NCBI RefSeq assembly: GCF_001194135.2
Contig: NC_069004.1
Location: forward strand, 16,012,734 to 16,076,733
Direction: 5' to 3'
DNA: 64,000 nucleotides
Origin: Octopus bimaculoides
Taxonomy: Eukaryota
Numbering within the stretch: the first letter of the stretch is position 1; each line of letters begins with the position of its first letter. Position numbers and translations under genes: made by a program. The notes beneath the pieces were generated by a model that was not told the DNA's origin, ran no database searches, and saw only the letters and a program-made list of their open reading frames with translations. Shown in pieces: positions 23,635 to 36,416 of this stretch.

Positions 23635-25229
23635 GAAATACTTTTTTTTTTACTACCAAATCTATTCATAAGACTTCAGTTACCCTGGGGATATTGAGGA
23701 AGATACTTACCAAGGTGTCATGCAGTGTGACTGAAGGTAAGACCACATGGTTGAGAAGTAATCTTCTCAATCACACAGCCATGCCTGCATGTATGAGACA
23801 GAAATTTGACACGGTGGGGCATAGTTGTTTTGGAATTTGGGTGGATGAGGGAGAGTCTAAAATTTTGAGACTGGGATTTTTTCTTCAGTTGTATCCTAGT
23901 AGATAGTCACTGCCTCCTCCTTAGCTCTCCATACCTAGGGCCAATATAGTGGTTACCACCCCCACCCCTTTTTGTAGACCCTGTTTATGATAACCCAATC
24001 TTTTTTAAGGTATAATATATGTAGAATTACATTAGACAATCTGTCCTTTAAGACAGTAGAGTGTGATTTGAGAGAGATTTGTCTACTATATTTAGCAAAT
24101 CAAGTCATTGTGTAAATGCTTTCTCAACTAGAGAAAGTGAGAAAAAGAGTGAGAAAACAATTTTGGGGTTTGGGTGAGTTAAAGGTTGTTATGGAGATGG
24201 TGATAGCAGTATTACAACAGATCCTTCTTTTAATCTGTCTTCTCCCTGCACCATTCCATTTCATTCCCTTCACTTCCACCCCCTACACCCACTCCCCTTT
24301 CATTCTCCCTCCATAAGGAGATCTCTTAATTGTGGTTAGGCAGGGAAAATTGAAAGATGTCATAAAATATTGGCTGACTTATCAAGATAAGCTGGTGGTG
24401 GTGGTGGTCGTCGTCGTCGTCGTCGTCGTGGCGGCGGCAGTAGTGGGGGGGTAGGTGGTTTATTGTAAATTTTTCTTGTTTATTTCAAATTACAATTCTT
24501 ACAAAATGTTATTACTGTAGTGACTGTTTTTTTTTTTCTGTTGATTCTTCTTTTGTTGCTGTTGTGATTGGTATTGCATCTTGGGAGTGCTTCTTTTTCT
24601 TGTGTATGTTTTTTTTATTCTGTCTTCTCTTTTTCAAATTACAATATTGATTGTTACTATGGTTACTAACACTGTCACAGCAATGTCTGCGTCTGTTGTT
24701 GTTGCTGTTGTAACAGCAATACCTCACCTTCTGTACATGAGCTTGTCAACTGAACTGGACACTTTCAAATCAGTGACACATTCACCAATTAAATGGTGTT
24801 CTTGCTACCTATAATAATGAACTGTGCATCTGTCCCTGATGTTTGAATATAAATGTGTGTGTGTGTGTATGTATGTGTGCATGTGTGGTTTTGCAAATAT
24901 AATTTTGATCATCATCTTATGTTCACTTTCCCTGTTGGCTAGAGTTGGACAGTTTGATGACAGCTCAGAGAACTAAAACTTCCTCCAGTTACTCGGTTTT
25001 GGCTTGATTCCTACAGCCAGATGCCCTTCCTAACAACAACTACTTTACAAAGTGTACTAAATGTATTTTTTCATGGTACCAACACTATAGAAGTTTAGTC
25101 TTGACCTCAGCAAGACTAAAGCATCCTCTCAAGCCCTGTGTTGTCTCTGCTCAATTCACCTTCTACTAAAGTGTGTGTGTGTGTATACACACACACACAA
25201 ACACATATATATATCATCATCATCATCAT

Positions 25230-25740
25230 CATCATACATCCATTTTCCATGCTGGCATGGTTTGGACAATTTGACCAGAGCTGGTAAGACCAGGGGCCAC
25301 ACCAGGCTCCATTGTCTGTTCTGACATGAGTGACATGAGTGAGAGGCCCTTTGTTACCAGCAGAGGTAGGAGCTCTCTGAACTTTGCCCAGCCTAATCTT
25401 ATTCTAGCTGCTATGCTCTTAGAGCATCCACCCACCAGGTAACAGAAGCTGTCAACTACTTCTAGTTTTTCCCTCGAGCATGTGATGGAATCTGTTTTTT
25501 GTACATCGGTGTTTATTGCCCTTGTGCATCTGCCACACACAAAAATGTATCTTCCCAGTTAATTTTCCTTTGATATTGCTGCACCTCTTATGTGTCCATA
25601 GCTTACACCAGGTACATCTTATGGAGTTTCTACCTATGCCTTTTCTACAGATTGAGGAGGGCCATCTGTCAAGTTGACCCAGGTTGCCTCTATGTTGATC
25701 CTTGGCATGTTGGTAGAGTATGGAGGACTGTATTTTGCTG
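25230..25740 (-). mobile_element. RTE LINE fragment with Cys-rich insert, joined to a (GAT)n tail
   Basis: WPSSICRKGIGRNSIRCTWCKLWTHKRCSNIKGKL...CGRC...EVVDSFCYL...RIRLGWAKFRELLPLLVTKGLSL. Confidence 0.8.
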
Positions 25741-25766
25741 TCATATTGTCTCAAATGTTCACTTAG

Positions 25767-26160
25767 TCATTCTGCAATGCTCCTAGATGTCTCCCCTACA
25801 TATGTTATGTTCATGTCTTTACAAGCACCTTCCATGCATTTTATGCTGTAAACTACATTTCTAGTTTTACAGTTAATGCCAGGGCTAATCCTACATATTC
25901 TTAACAGGATACGTCCTACATAGTTATGATCTGATGGAGTTCCCTGACTTTTCAACAATCTTAATGTTGAGTTTGGTCTCCTTCAGAGCTTTTCTAAATC
26001 TACGGGCTAGTTCTCCATGGGTCGTGGCCTCTAAAAGCATCACTCCTTGATATTTATCAGTTTTATACCACATGTTTGCCCTGTTTGCTTTGTCACAAGT
26101 TCTTTGTATCGTATTCCAGTCTTTGTTTCTATATCTAAGGCAGGTACCACTGGCATCATT
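25767..26160 (-). mobile_element. Penelope-like element, GIY-YIG endonuclease fragment
   Basis: CKTRNVVYSIKCMEGACKDMNITYVGETSRSIAE (VVY...YVG motif), preceded by ELARRFRKALKETKLNIKIVEKSG. Confidence 0.75.
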
Positions 26161-26170
26161 ACATATAATG

Positions 26171-26385
26171 TTAAGTAAATATAAGGACCTGGAAATTAAA
26201 ATACAAAAGATGTGGCATTTTAAAATGAGAACTGTTCCTGTTATTGTGGGTGCCCTAGGTATGATAAAAAAATGGATGTCAGAAACATCTAGATAAGATT
26301 CCAGGAGAACCATGTCTCAGAGAAATCCAAAAGACTGTGCTGACAAATACTGCGCCCATTCTTAGAAAAACCGTATCCATTTAAA
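26171..26385 (+). mobile_element. R4/Dong-like RLE LINE, C-terminal fragment
   Basis: LSKYKDLEIKIQKMWHFKMRTVPVIVGALGMIKK...IPGEPCLREIQKTVL...ILRK*. Confidence 0.75.
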
Positions 26386-26559
26386 TATCTGTGTTGTATT
26401 ACATGAAGATATTCCACTACCTCCCCTCCCCAAGCTTTCAGCCATATTGTAACATCTCTTATCCTTCACTTGCTCCAGGACACTGGTTGTGTCTCGGCAA
26501 GTGACTGTTGAAAAGATGCAGATTAAAAGTAAAAATAACCATAATAATAGCGATAATGA

Positions 26560-26748
26560 TAATAGTAATAATGGTTTCAATTTTTGGCACAAGGCCAGCA
26601 ATTTCAGAGGAGAGGCAAGTCAATTACATTGACCCCAGTGTTTGACTTATTTTATGAAAGCCAAAGTCAACCTTAGTGGCATTTGAACTCGGAGCATAAA
26701 GTCGGAAGGAATATCACTAAGCACTTTTCCCTATGTGTTAATGCTATC

Positions 26749-26789
<41 letters not shown>

Positions 26790-27084
26790 CCTTTCTACTA
26801 TAGGCATAAGGCCTGAAAGTTGGGGGAGGGGTTAATTGATTACATTGACTCCTTGACAATTCTGCCAGCTAACAGTTTCAAATTTTGGCACAAGGCCAGC
26901 AATTTTAGGGGAGAGGATAAGTCAATTACGTTGACCCCAATACTCAATTGGTGCTTATTTTATTGACCAGAAAAGGAGGAAAGGCAAAGTTGACTTCAGC
27001 AGAGTTTGAACTCAGAACATAAAAGGAAGGAAATCCTGGTAAGCATTTTACCCAGCATGCTAACAATTCTGCCAGCTTGCCACC

Positions 27085-27152
<68 letters not shown>

Positions 27153-28620
27153 TCTTTCCACTAAAGGCACAAGGCCTGAAATTTTGGGGGAAGGGGCTAG
27201 TTAATTACATCAATTCCAGTACTCAACTGGTACCGTGAAATGGGGTTACTTTGAACACGGGGGTAATTTTGAACAAAATATAATATATTATTTCCTCTTA
27301 TTGCTTGTTACTAAAATTTCTTACAGAATTGTTTAAATGTGTTGTTAAACTTTAGAATTATATTTCTATGATAATATAATTCCAATACATAAAGTAAAAT
27401 TTCTAAATATAACTTTGATTATCCACTCAAAGAAAGAATTTGTCAACTTCTTCTCATTCCAGCAAAACAAACATTTTTGCAAGAAATGAATATTTTTGTC
27501 AGTTGCTAAAGCACTTCTTGCATAAAAGATACCAGCTTTTGTTAAAATATGATGTTAATATAACCAGTTAATAATTTTCTATTGAAGTGTTTTTATAACT
27601 TTGGTATCTTTGTAAAAACTTGTATAACATGACATGTCCCCCCCCCCACCTTTGATTATCCAGCTTGTCACCTTAATAGTAATAACAGCTTCAAATTTTG
27701 TTGCAAGACCAGCAGCTTTGGGGAGGAGCTAAGTCAATTACATCGACCCTAGTGTTCAACTGGTGCTTATTTTATTGACCCCAAAATGATGAATGGTAAA
27801 GTCGAGCCCAGCAGAATTTGAACTCAGAATGTGAAGATGGACAAAATGCTGCTAAGCATTTTGTATGATGTGCTAACAAATCTGCCAGCTCACCACATTA
27901 ATAACAATAATAATAATTATTATCATTTCTACTCTAGGCACAAGGCTTTGGAAATTTGGTGGGAAGGGGACTAGTCGGTTATATCAACTCCAGTGCGTAA
28001 CTGGTACTTATTTCATTGATCTCGAAAGGATGAAAGGCAAAATTGAACTCAGAATATAGCAACAGATGAAGTACTACTAAGCATTTCGCCCAGCATGCTA
28101 ACAATTCTGCAAGCTCACTGCCTTCAATAATAATAATAATAATAATAATTGATGTATCAATACCAGCAGATGACAACGTTTCTCTAAAAGAAATGGAAAA
28201 ACTTTCAAAATACAAAGACCTGGAAATAGAGATAACTCGAATGTGGAATCTAAAAACAGAAACAATTCCTATCATAGTAGGTGCCTTAGGTATAATAAAA
28301 AAATATTCAGACAAATACATAACAAAAACACCAGGACTTACAAATATATATAACATACAGAAAATTGCACTACTGGGTACTGCACACATTCTACGCAAAA
28401 CACTTTCAATACAGTAAACATAAGAGCACCACAGCAAACCACAGCACATACCCAAGGCGCACAGAGCTGCGCTCGGTAGTGAAGTGAAAGCACGTTATAA
28501 AAATAAAACTACTGAATAATAATAATAATAATCCTTTCTACTATAGACACAAGGCCTGAAATTTGAGGGAAGGGGGCTAGTCAATTACATTGACCCCAGT
28601 ACATAACTGGTACTTATTTT
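26560..28620 (-). mobile_element. Head-to-tail array of tRNA-derived SINEs separated by (AAT)n
   Basis: At least 5-6 copies of (rc) aaggcagtgagctggcagaa...gagttcaaattc...ttgcctttcatcctttcgggg...taagtaccag...ggccttgtgcc, each bounded by (AAT)n (for example 27087-27152). A further copy lies at 28975-29180. Confidence 0.85.
28148..28532 (+). mobile_element. R4/Dong-like LINE 3' end inserted in (AAT)n, little decayed
   Basis: IDVSIPADDNVSLKEMEKLSKYKDLEIEITRMWNLKTETIPIIVGALG...KIALLGTAHILRKTLSIQ* (RLE domain), then a 3' UTR and (AAT)n tail. It starts directly after (AAT)n. Confidence 0.88.
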
Positions 28621-28720
28621 AATAATAATAATAATAATTAAAAAAAAAACCCTTGCTTAAAATCTATCACTAAAAGTTCTTTGTTTCTTTTTTTGGTAAA
28701 TGTTGTCTTCTCAATTCCAG

Positions 28721-28831
28721 AAAGGTCTCTACAATGAAGCTGTGAGTAGTTTCTTCCGCAATGTTGACTCTCGGACTGATTGCTCCATTGATACTGACAC
28801 CAGCAGAAAAATACACACTTTGAAAGCACGG
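28721..28831 (+). CDS. TUBE1: Epsilon-tubulin exon 3 (KGLYNEAVSSFFRNVDSR...TLKAR)
   Basis: ttccag| acceptor, |GTAATA donor, 111 nt, phase 0-0; SSFFRNVD and LKAR are epsilon-tubulin motifs. Confidence 0.95.
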
Positions 28832-29199
28832 GTAATATAATTTTGTCTATTTGTTTACTTATCTTCCAACTGCCACCAGTACCCAACTTCTACCCAGTCT
28901 CTTCACCCTTAATGTCTACAATGGAAGTAACTCAAGCCTTTATATCTGCCACCTTTTGATAAACTAGTAAAGAATAATAACCCTTTCTATTATAACAAGG
29001 CCTGAATTTCAGTGAGGAGGGGCTAGTTGATGATATCAAACCCAGTGTTCAACTGGTACTTGTTTCATTGACCCCAAAATGATAAAAGGCAAAGTCAACC
29101 TTGGCAGAATTTGAACTCAGAATGTGAAAACTGAAGTATTTTTCCCCTGTACTAGTGATTCTGCCAGCTTACCACCTATAATAATAATAATAATGGACT

Positions 29200-29467
29200 C
29201 TCCCATTGAAGATGATATATGAGTGTTCAGCTTTTGCCGAACGACCTGCACAAATGATTTGTTTATAGTGATCATGTACATGTGTTGTACGTTAGTTCAC
29301 TCCCTTCATCAAATTGATGTTGTCTGAACAGGTGTTGAAGTAATCGCAGAGCAACATGAGATGAAGTGTTTTGCTCAAGAGACAACATATCACATGGTCT
29401 AGGAATTGAGACCACGATCTCACAATCATGAGTGCAACACCCTAACCACTAGGCCATGCATCCTCAC

Positions 29468-29468
<1 letters not shown>
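29200..29468 (-). mobile_element. tRNA-derived SINE with V-domain-like core
   Basis: The reverse complement reads gtgaggatgcatggcctagtggttagggtgttgcactc...tcaattcct...tgttgtctcttgagcaaaacacttc (A/B boxes plus a TCCTTGAGCAA-like core). Confidence 0.6.
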
Positions 29469-29508
<40 letters not shown>

Positions 29509-29516
29509 GTAATAAT

Positions 29517-29779
29517 TACCAAGCCAATGTGATAAAAAATGGAGCTGACCCAAAATGCCGATTCTGTAACGATGCGATTGAAACTATAGACCACCTAATC
29601 TCAGGGTGTAGAGTCTTAGCACCTGTAGAATATAAAGCAAGACATGACAGAGTTGGCCAGTATTTACACTGGACAATATGTCGGCATTATAAAATCAAAA
29701 CCGCTGACAAATGGTATAAACACCATCCTGAAGCTGTGACTGAGGGAGAAAATGTATCGATTCTCTGGGACTTCCCCGT
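29517..29779 (+). mobile_element. R4/Dong-like LINE, CCHC zinc-knuckle region, running into a gap
   Basis: YQANVIKNGADPKCRFCNDAIETIDHLISGCRVLAPVEYKARHDRVG...VSILWDFP. It begins directly after (AAT)n. Confidence 0.85.
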
Positions 29780-30270
29780 NNNNNNNNNNNNNNNNNNNNN
29801 NNNNNNNNNNNNNNNNNNNNNNNNNNNNNNNNNNNNNNNNNNNNNNNNNNNNNNNNNNNNNNNNNNNNNNNNNNNNNNNNNNNNNNNNNNNNNNNNNNNN
29901 NNNNNNNNNNNNNNNNNNNNNNNNNNNNNNNNNNNNNNNNNNNNNNNNNNNNNNNNNNNNNNNNNNNNNNNNNNNNNNNNNNNNNNNNNNNNNNNNNNNN
30001 NNNNNNNNNNNNNNNNNNNNNNNNNNNNNNNNNNNNNNNNNNNNNNNNNNNNNNNNNNNNNNNNNNNNNNNNNNNNNNNNNNNNNNNNNNNNNNNNNNNN
30101 NNNNNNAACAACGTCCATTCATAAATTTTTTTTTTAAATACATATTTTGCCTGTGAATTTGTGTGTGTAAACTGGGAATGCATACAATGAGTTTCTCTAC
30201 CCTAGGTGTACGGAAAACACTCGGCGAGAAATGGAAGAAAATTTGAAGAAAGAAGAAAAAAAACAACAAC

Positions 30271-30305
<35 letters not shown>

Positions 30306-31764
30306 TCCTTCTATTATAGGCACATAATATAGAAGTAGTTATGATACTTTGAAAGCACAGGTAACACTTTTTTTTTGTTTTTTTACTTCCACACCACTCT
30401 CTGCCACCCTCATAAGAGCTTGAGATACATTATAAACTATGTTATTTCTATGGAAATACCTTGAGTAAGTTGACAAGAGTAGAGTGGAGTTCATTTTACA
30501 AGCTGTAACCATCTGTATTGCATTCTTTAGAAAATGTATGCCATATTCATGTGTGTCATAAAACATAACAAAGGGTTCTCATTAGGAAGGGCATCCACTA
30601 TTAAAAACTGCCTCAGAACGGGCTAACCAACTCATGCCAGCATGGAGAGGAGATGTAAAATGATAATGATGATGACAATAGAACACAGTTACAATTATAT
30701 TTAATAAAAGTATATTTAGCTTTGCTGAGGAAATAGGACCCTTAGTTAAAGAACAGAGCTCTCAACAGCTAGGAATAAAGATTAAGATTGATTCAAGGTT
30801 CATTAAAGGTTTGCTTAGTTTCCTGAAGCTGTTGTGAAAATGCAATCATATTTCTTATGAAAAAAGTTAATAAGATCAAGGAAAACCATTTCTGTTTCTG
30901 TGTTGATATTATATTGATGAGGTCTGATACATTGTAAATCTTGGTACTGACACTTTAAATAAGCAAACGTATATCTGCCAAGTGATAAAAGATTCTTACC
31001 TAATTATAAAAAAAGTACAACCAGCCTGACTATAATTCTTCATGTTGACATTCTGAGTCTTGGTCCCCTCCCATCATCATTATATAATGTCTACTTTCCA
31101 TTCTGACATAGGTAGGATGGTTTTACAGGAAACTGGTGAGCTGCAGGACCACATCAAGCCCAGTGTCATCTTTGGTGTGGTTTCTATGGCTGGATGCCTT
31201 TCCTAACACCAACCATTTTGCGTGCTTTCTCATGTCTCTGACACTACTACTTTACAGAGTGTATTGGGTGCTTTTTTCATGTCTCTGGCACTTGTGAGAT
31301 TACCATGTAACTTGCAAGACAGAGAAGAACAGAGATGGAGGAGAAGGAAAGGGAGGAAAAAACTCCTACTACTAAGGAGAATTTGAGAAGAGCAGGTGGA
31401 GATGGGTGGTGGTAGGCCAAGTGTTTAAAGGCTAAAGAATAATAGAGGGACGAACACATGTGCTTTTGCTATAGAGAAGATATATGGCTGAAGGAGATAA
31501 GCAGAAAGTAGTGATGTGTTGCTGGAGCAAACTCACAGGGAACAAGAAAATGAGTGTAAAAGAGGACAAGGATGGTAGATTATGGAAGGGAATGAGAGAG
31601 TGGATAATTCCATAAGAGTGTGAGGAGGAAATAAACAGGTAGAGGTTAGTGTAGGGTGGGGGTGCAGATGATGGGAAATACCAATATGCAGAGGGGTGAA
31701 GTGGGAGATATAGAAGTGGCTTAAGAAGGAGGATAGAACAGGAAGTACATATCTTTATGCTCCA

Positions 31765-32130
31765 GAAACTCAGTCGATGGAATGACACCATACCTGTTCT
31801 TCCAGGATCATGAAATTCAAGAGCCTGCAATCGGTACAGAAAGTCATGGTAACTGATTTTTAGAATAACAAGGGTATCATTCTCCTTGATTTTCTGGAAT
31901 GTTGCTGTGATGGGTACAGTGAAACACACAAGACACTTTAGAGAAGTCATTAGAAGGAGGGTACCACACAAGAACCAGAAAGAAACCCACATTTATGTTA
32001 ATAATGCAGAACCACACACGGTTGAAGCAACTTATCAAGCAGATGGCAAATTGAGCTGGTCAGTGGTCCCCTATCCACCATACAGCGTGGATATGTAACT
32101 CCTATTTTCCACTTATCCAGTCTTTAGGAT
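31765..32130 (+). mobile_element. Degenerate mariner transposase fragment
   Basis: QSMEWHH...KFKS...KVMVT...GIILLDFLE; NNAEPHT...LSWSVVPYPPYSVD (YSPDL motif). Confidence 0.7.
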
Positions 32131-32358
32131 CAATGATTTGATGATACGAACAAGGCACAAGTGACTGAAGAAATGCACACCAGAATTTTTTCAAAAAATG
32201 TTAGCTTCAATGGAGATGCAAATACATTGCAAATACATTTCTGTAGAGCAAGAGTTACTGTGTCAACATGTAATTTGAACAATTTATGCCAGTTAACAAA
32301 AAAGTTATGTCCACTTATGTATTACTTACAATACAACTCTCTTATGTTTATTTTCTAG

Positions 32359-32474
32359 GCTGTCTTGGTTGACATGGAAGAAGGTGTTGTCAGTGAGCTT
32401 TTGAGAAGTCCTTTAGGAGAACTCTTTGACCACCAACAACTCATCACAGATGTCTCTGGAAGTGGCAACAATTG
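32359..32474 (+). CDS. TUBE1: Epsilon-tubulin exon 4 (AVLVDMEEGVV...DVSGSGNNW)
   Basis: ttctag| acceptor, |GTAAGA donor, 116 nt; AVLVDMEE and GSGNNW motifs. Confidence 0.96.
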
Positions 32475-32724
32475 GTAAGAGAATTCCTAACAGATTCAGT
32501 GGAGAAATCACCCATATCTATTGACTACAGATCACTTACTCTAGGATAAAGGTCTTAAGATATGGAACAATTTGTTCTAAGACAAGGGACAGGTGTAAGA
32601 CAGGGGTCATTATAAGATAGGAAATATTTGTTGTAAAATAAGGATTAGTTTAAGATAAGGTCTGTTTGCAGTAAAGGAACAGGTTTATTGTAATATCAGG
32701 GATACTTTGTTGTAAGATAGGGAT

Positions 32725-32900
32725 CACGAGGTGTTGTTGTTGTTTATCTCCAAGTCAGCCCTGATGCAGCAGACCTATGATTAAATGTGTCCCAAAAATG
32801 ACCATCCCATCTTTTCAAACATAGTTTATCTCAAGTACTATCCAATGTCTTACTTTTGTTTTAAAGACTGTAGATTGCAATTCAAGATTTGGCTGCTGTT
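32725..32900. mobile_element. Dispersed short repeat family (gatttggctgctatttctagc core)
   Basis: The same core recurs at about 24060-24110, 33900-33930, 42635-42745, 47985-48050, 55810-55870, 55950-56030 and 58380-58445. Confidence 0.6.
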
Positions 32901-32978
32901 TCTAGCAGATAGTGCAACCACATAGGGCCTTCTGCATTGGCTCATTGGTAGCAGTGGTAGCAGACATAGATGAATTTA

Positions 32979-33031
<53 letters not shown>

Positions 33032-34480
33032 ATCATGAGTGATATCCAGGCTGCAGTGGAGAAGAGAAGCCACTGGATTTGGTTAAAAAGAGACAATGAA
33101 TGAGCAATGGAATTTTGATCTAGCAAGACGAACCTCATCTCAGTGACAGGGAGCTGGTGCATAATAATACCATCAAGAGGAAGGGCCCAAAATGCTGTGC
33201 ATTCTCTAAAGATAACCCATAAGCCTTCTAGTGTCTGAATCTTTCAATTGGTAGCACTTGAATTTGATAGTTGCTTGCAAATAATCACCTAACCCTAACC
33301 CTAACCCTTCCTCCTCTGATTTCACAATATAACCTTACTCAGTACTGAAGTGTGATGAAGGCACTGTCGCTCAACCTGTTAGAAACAGCAACCAAAACCT
33401 TCTTTACACTCTACATTAGCAATATAATCCTTGATATACAAATAAGCATCATAGTTTTGCTCAGTCGAGGTTGACCTGTAGTTAACTTACAATAACAACT
33501 TTGTATGTGAACAATAACAACTGAAGCATATGAAAGTATGTAAGTTTCCTGGTTTCAATTTCTAGTAATGGTACTTATTTTCACCTTATTTCCATTATTA
33601 ATATCCTCCCTTTCTACTTCCCTGTACTTCACCCTTTGATGGATATCTCTGACTGTAACACTTTACTCATTCACACCATTTATAATAGTCTCATGACAAT
33701 GGGGATAAGTTGTATTTCAGACTCATCCCAACCTGTGTCAGCATGGAATATATACATCAGAATGATGATGAGAGTTGGTCAGCCCTGATTGAACAAAACT
33801 ATGATCCGTAAACATTCCAACGATATTTGTCCCATAATTTTCTGACATTGTTTGTATAACTAAATTGTGCAATCTACTCCATATCACTGGTTTTATCATT
33901 TAAGGAAGATTTGGCTGCTATTTCTAGCAGACCAAATGACTGTGTAGTAGCTACCTTGTTGACCAAGAATGGCGGTAGTGGCAGTGGCGGTGGCGGTTAG
34001 GAATGATGTTGGCAACAAAGTGGGGTTAATTTCTTGTTTACAAAAATGCAAGAGTAACTTGTGTAAGGGATACAGCACTAGTAAATTGCTGGCACATTTT
34101 TGTTGCAGCTCAAAACAGAGACAAAAGAGGAATTGGTCCCTGGTAAAAAATTTTGGCAGACATGAAACCTAAATGAATGATACCAAATGTTGTAATACAT
34201 TTATCAGATTGACCAGTTCCACCACCATTACCCTCCATACACACACACACACATACACGCACGTGCATGCACAATACTGATTTATTGATTAATAGACAAC
34301 ACCTGGCCTTTTCTGTCTCAGCAAAACAAAGGCAAATATTTCCCTCCAAAATCAGTCATATAGATAAACAATGAAACCAAAGATAAGTGTTTCAGCTCAA
34401 GTTTATAAAATTCTACTCCTTGGTTTCAGTTATGTCTCATTGCTGTACAATTACATTCTTTTTTTTTTTTGTCCTGGAAG

Positions 34481-34602
34481 GGCTGTTGGAAACAAGATGT
34501 ATGGCCACCATTACCGAGAAGCAATTCTAGAATCTGTGAGACGAGCAGCAGAATTCTGTGATTGTCTTCAGTGTTTTTTTATCATCCATTCCATGGGAGG
34601 AG
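34481..34602 (+). CDS. TUBE1: Epsilon-tubulin exon 5 (AVGNKMYG...CDCLQCFFIIHSMGGG)
   Basis: T-tract...ggaag| acceptor, |GTGAGT donor, 122 nt; CDCLQCFFIIHSMGG is epsilon-specific. Confidence 0.96.
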
Positions 34603-36349
34603 GTGAGTAATTAACTTTTAGTTTAATGTTTACGCACACAAACATATATTTGCATGAGTTGGATGGATCTGCCATACAAGTCTGCTCTTTTAATGATTAG
34701 TCAATCCATCCAGTCACATTAACTACCTCCTGTGTTCCTATATTTAACTATAATAAAGCTTGAACGAAAACTATGGACACTGCTCTTTCTTTTAAAACTA
34801 ACTAATAATTTCTGAAGAAGAAAGTCAGAAATTTGGTGGAGGAGTAAGATCAATTGTGAACATAGTGTCTGTAATGGTAAATAATTTTGAATGTTGTATT
34901 ACAGAATAGATAAGATTATGCCACAGACAATAGGAATTTAGTAGTTACAAATTTTTTTAAGTCATAATGTTTAACCAGATTGTCAGAAAAAATAGATGAA
35001 TGGAAAGGTACAAAGATACATCAATAAACAGAAGCACAGACAGGCAGGCAGACAGAAAGAGAAGTGACGAGAGAGACAGGTAGTTCATCATCATCATTTA
35101 ACGTCTGTTGTCCATGCTGGCATGGGTTGGATGATTTGACCAGAGCTAGCAAGCTGGGGAGCTGCACCAGACTCCAATCTAATTTGGCATGGTTTCTACA
35201 GCTGGATGCCCTTCCTAACACCAACCACTTTACAGAGTGTAGTGGGTGCTTTTACATGGCACCACACAAGTGCTTTTATGTAGTGCTGTGCAGACACTTT
35301 TACAGGCACCGCACAGACACTTTTACATGACACCACATGGGTGCTTTTGTATAGCTTTGCCACAAGTGCTTTACACCATCAGAAAGATCAGTCTTAATAC
35401 TTCTGTTGTAGAGTACGAGTAGTTGAATATATATATGTATATATATTCTTATACAAGAATATTGTTGACAATGACTTCAAAATTTCGGCCAGTTAAGCCA
35501 TTGTTGGACTGCAGTCTAATAATAGTTTAGCTCGCCAAAACTATATAACAGTAATAAATTTGTACTCTTCAAAAGTATAGAGTAACCCATCAGATTAATG
35601 TAAAATTGTTTTTATTATAACTGAGCATAAAAACAAGCATTAGTGTAAGGTGGTTGGCATTAGGAAGGGCATCCAGCCATAAAAACCATACCAAAACAGA
35701 TAGGGAAGACTGGTGCAGTCTTCTGGTATACTAGCTCTTGTCAAACCATCCCACCCATGCCAGCATGGAAGACAGAGGTTAAATGATGATGATGATGATG
35801 ATATATACATAGTGAGAGACAGAGAGGAGTGGCTAGAAAGACAGATAGTTGAATATATAAATAAAGAGATAGACAGATAATCAGTTAAATTTAAATAAGA
35901 TAACCTTCACTGACAAATAATTACAGAGTGAGCTTTGTTGGTGGTGTGCTGTTTCTTCAGTGAGTGATTTCAGATTCATGATCATTCACTGGACTATAAG
36001 TTCATGCATGTGTTGATGTCCATGTTCATATTTGTACAGCCAGGCTGCTGGAATTTTATTATTGTTGACTAGTACTTTATTTTAATGGCCCCAGAAGAAT
36101 GTAAGGCAAAGTTGATCTCAGCAAGATTTGAACACAGAATGTGAAAAGCATGAACAAATATCCTAAAGTATTGTCTGGTTGCTTTAACAATTCTATCAAT
36201 TCTCTACCCTTCTTGAGACTAGCAAATAAAATCAAACTCATTTCATAGGAGAGTAAAAAACAACTACCGACAATCTCTCTGTCCCTCATCAGCCTGCTAA
36301 ATTGAAAACAGACATCTCAAAGGACTTTCTTTGATCTTTTTACTTCTAG

Positions 36350-36416
36350 GTACAGGTGCTGGTGTGGGAACATATATTTTGGACCTGCTTAACGATGAAT
36401 TCCCTGACGTCTACAG
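36350..36416 (+). CDS. TUBE1: Epsilon-tubulin exon 6 (GTGAGVGTYILDLLNDEFPDVYR)
   Basis: ttctag| acceptor, |GTTGAT donor, 67 nt; completes the GGGTG[SA]G tubulin signature. Confidence 0.94.

Noticed and set aside
24512-24814. Hydrophobic or Thr/Val-rich ORFs (also 57455-57668, 40288-40593)
   Set aside because: They are translations of degenerate trinucleotide and dinucleotide microsatellites.
36350-36372. GGGTGAG instead of GGGTGSG in the tubulin GTP-binding loop
   Set aside because: Ala is allowed in the tubulin signature [SAG]GGTG[SA]G, so this is not evidence of altered function.
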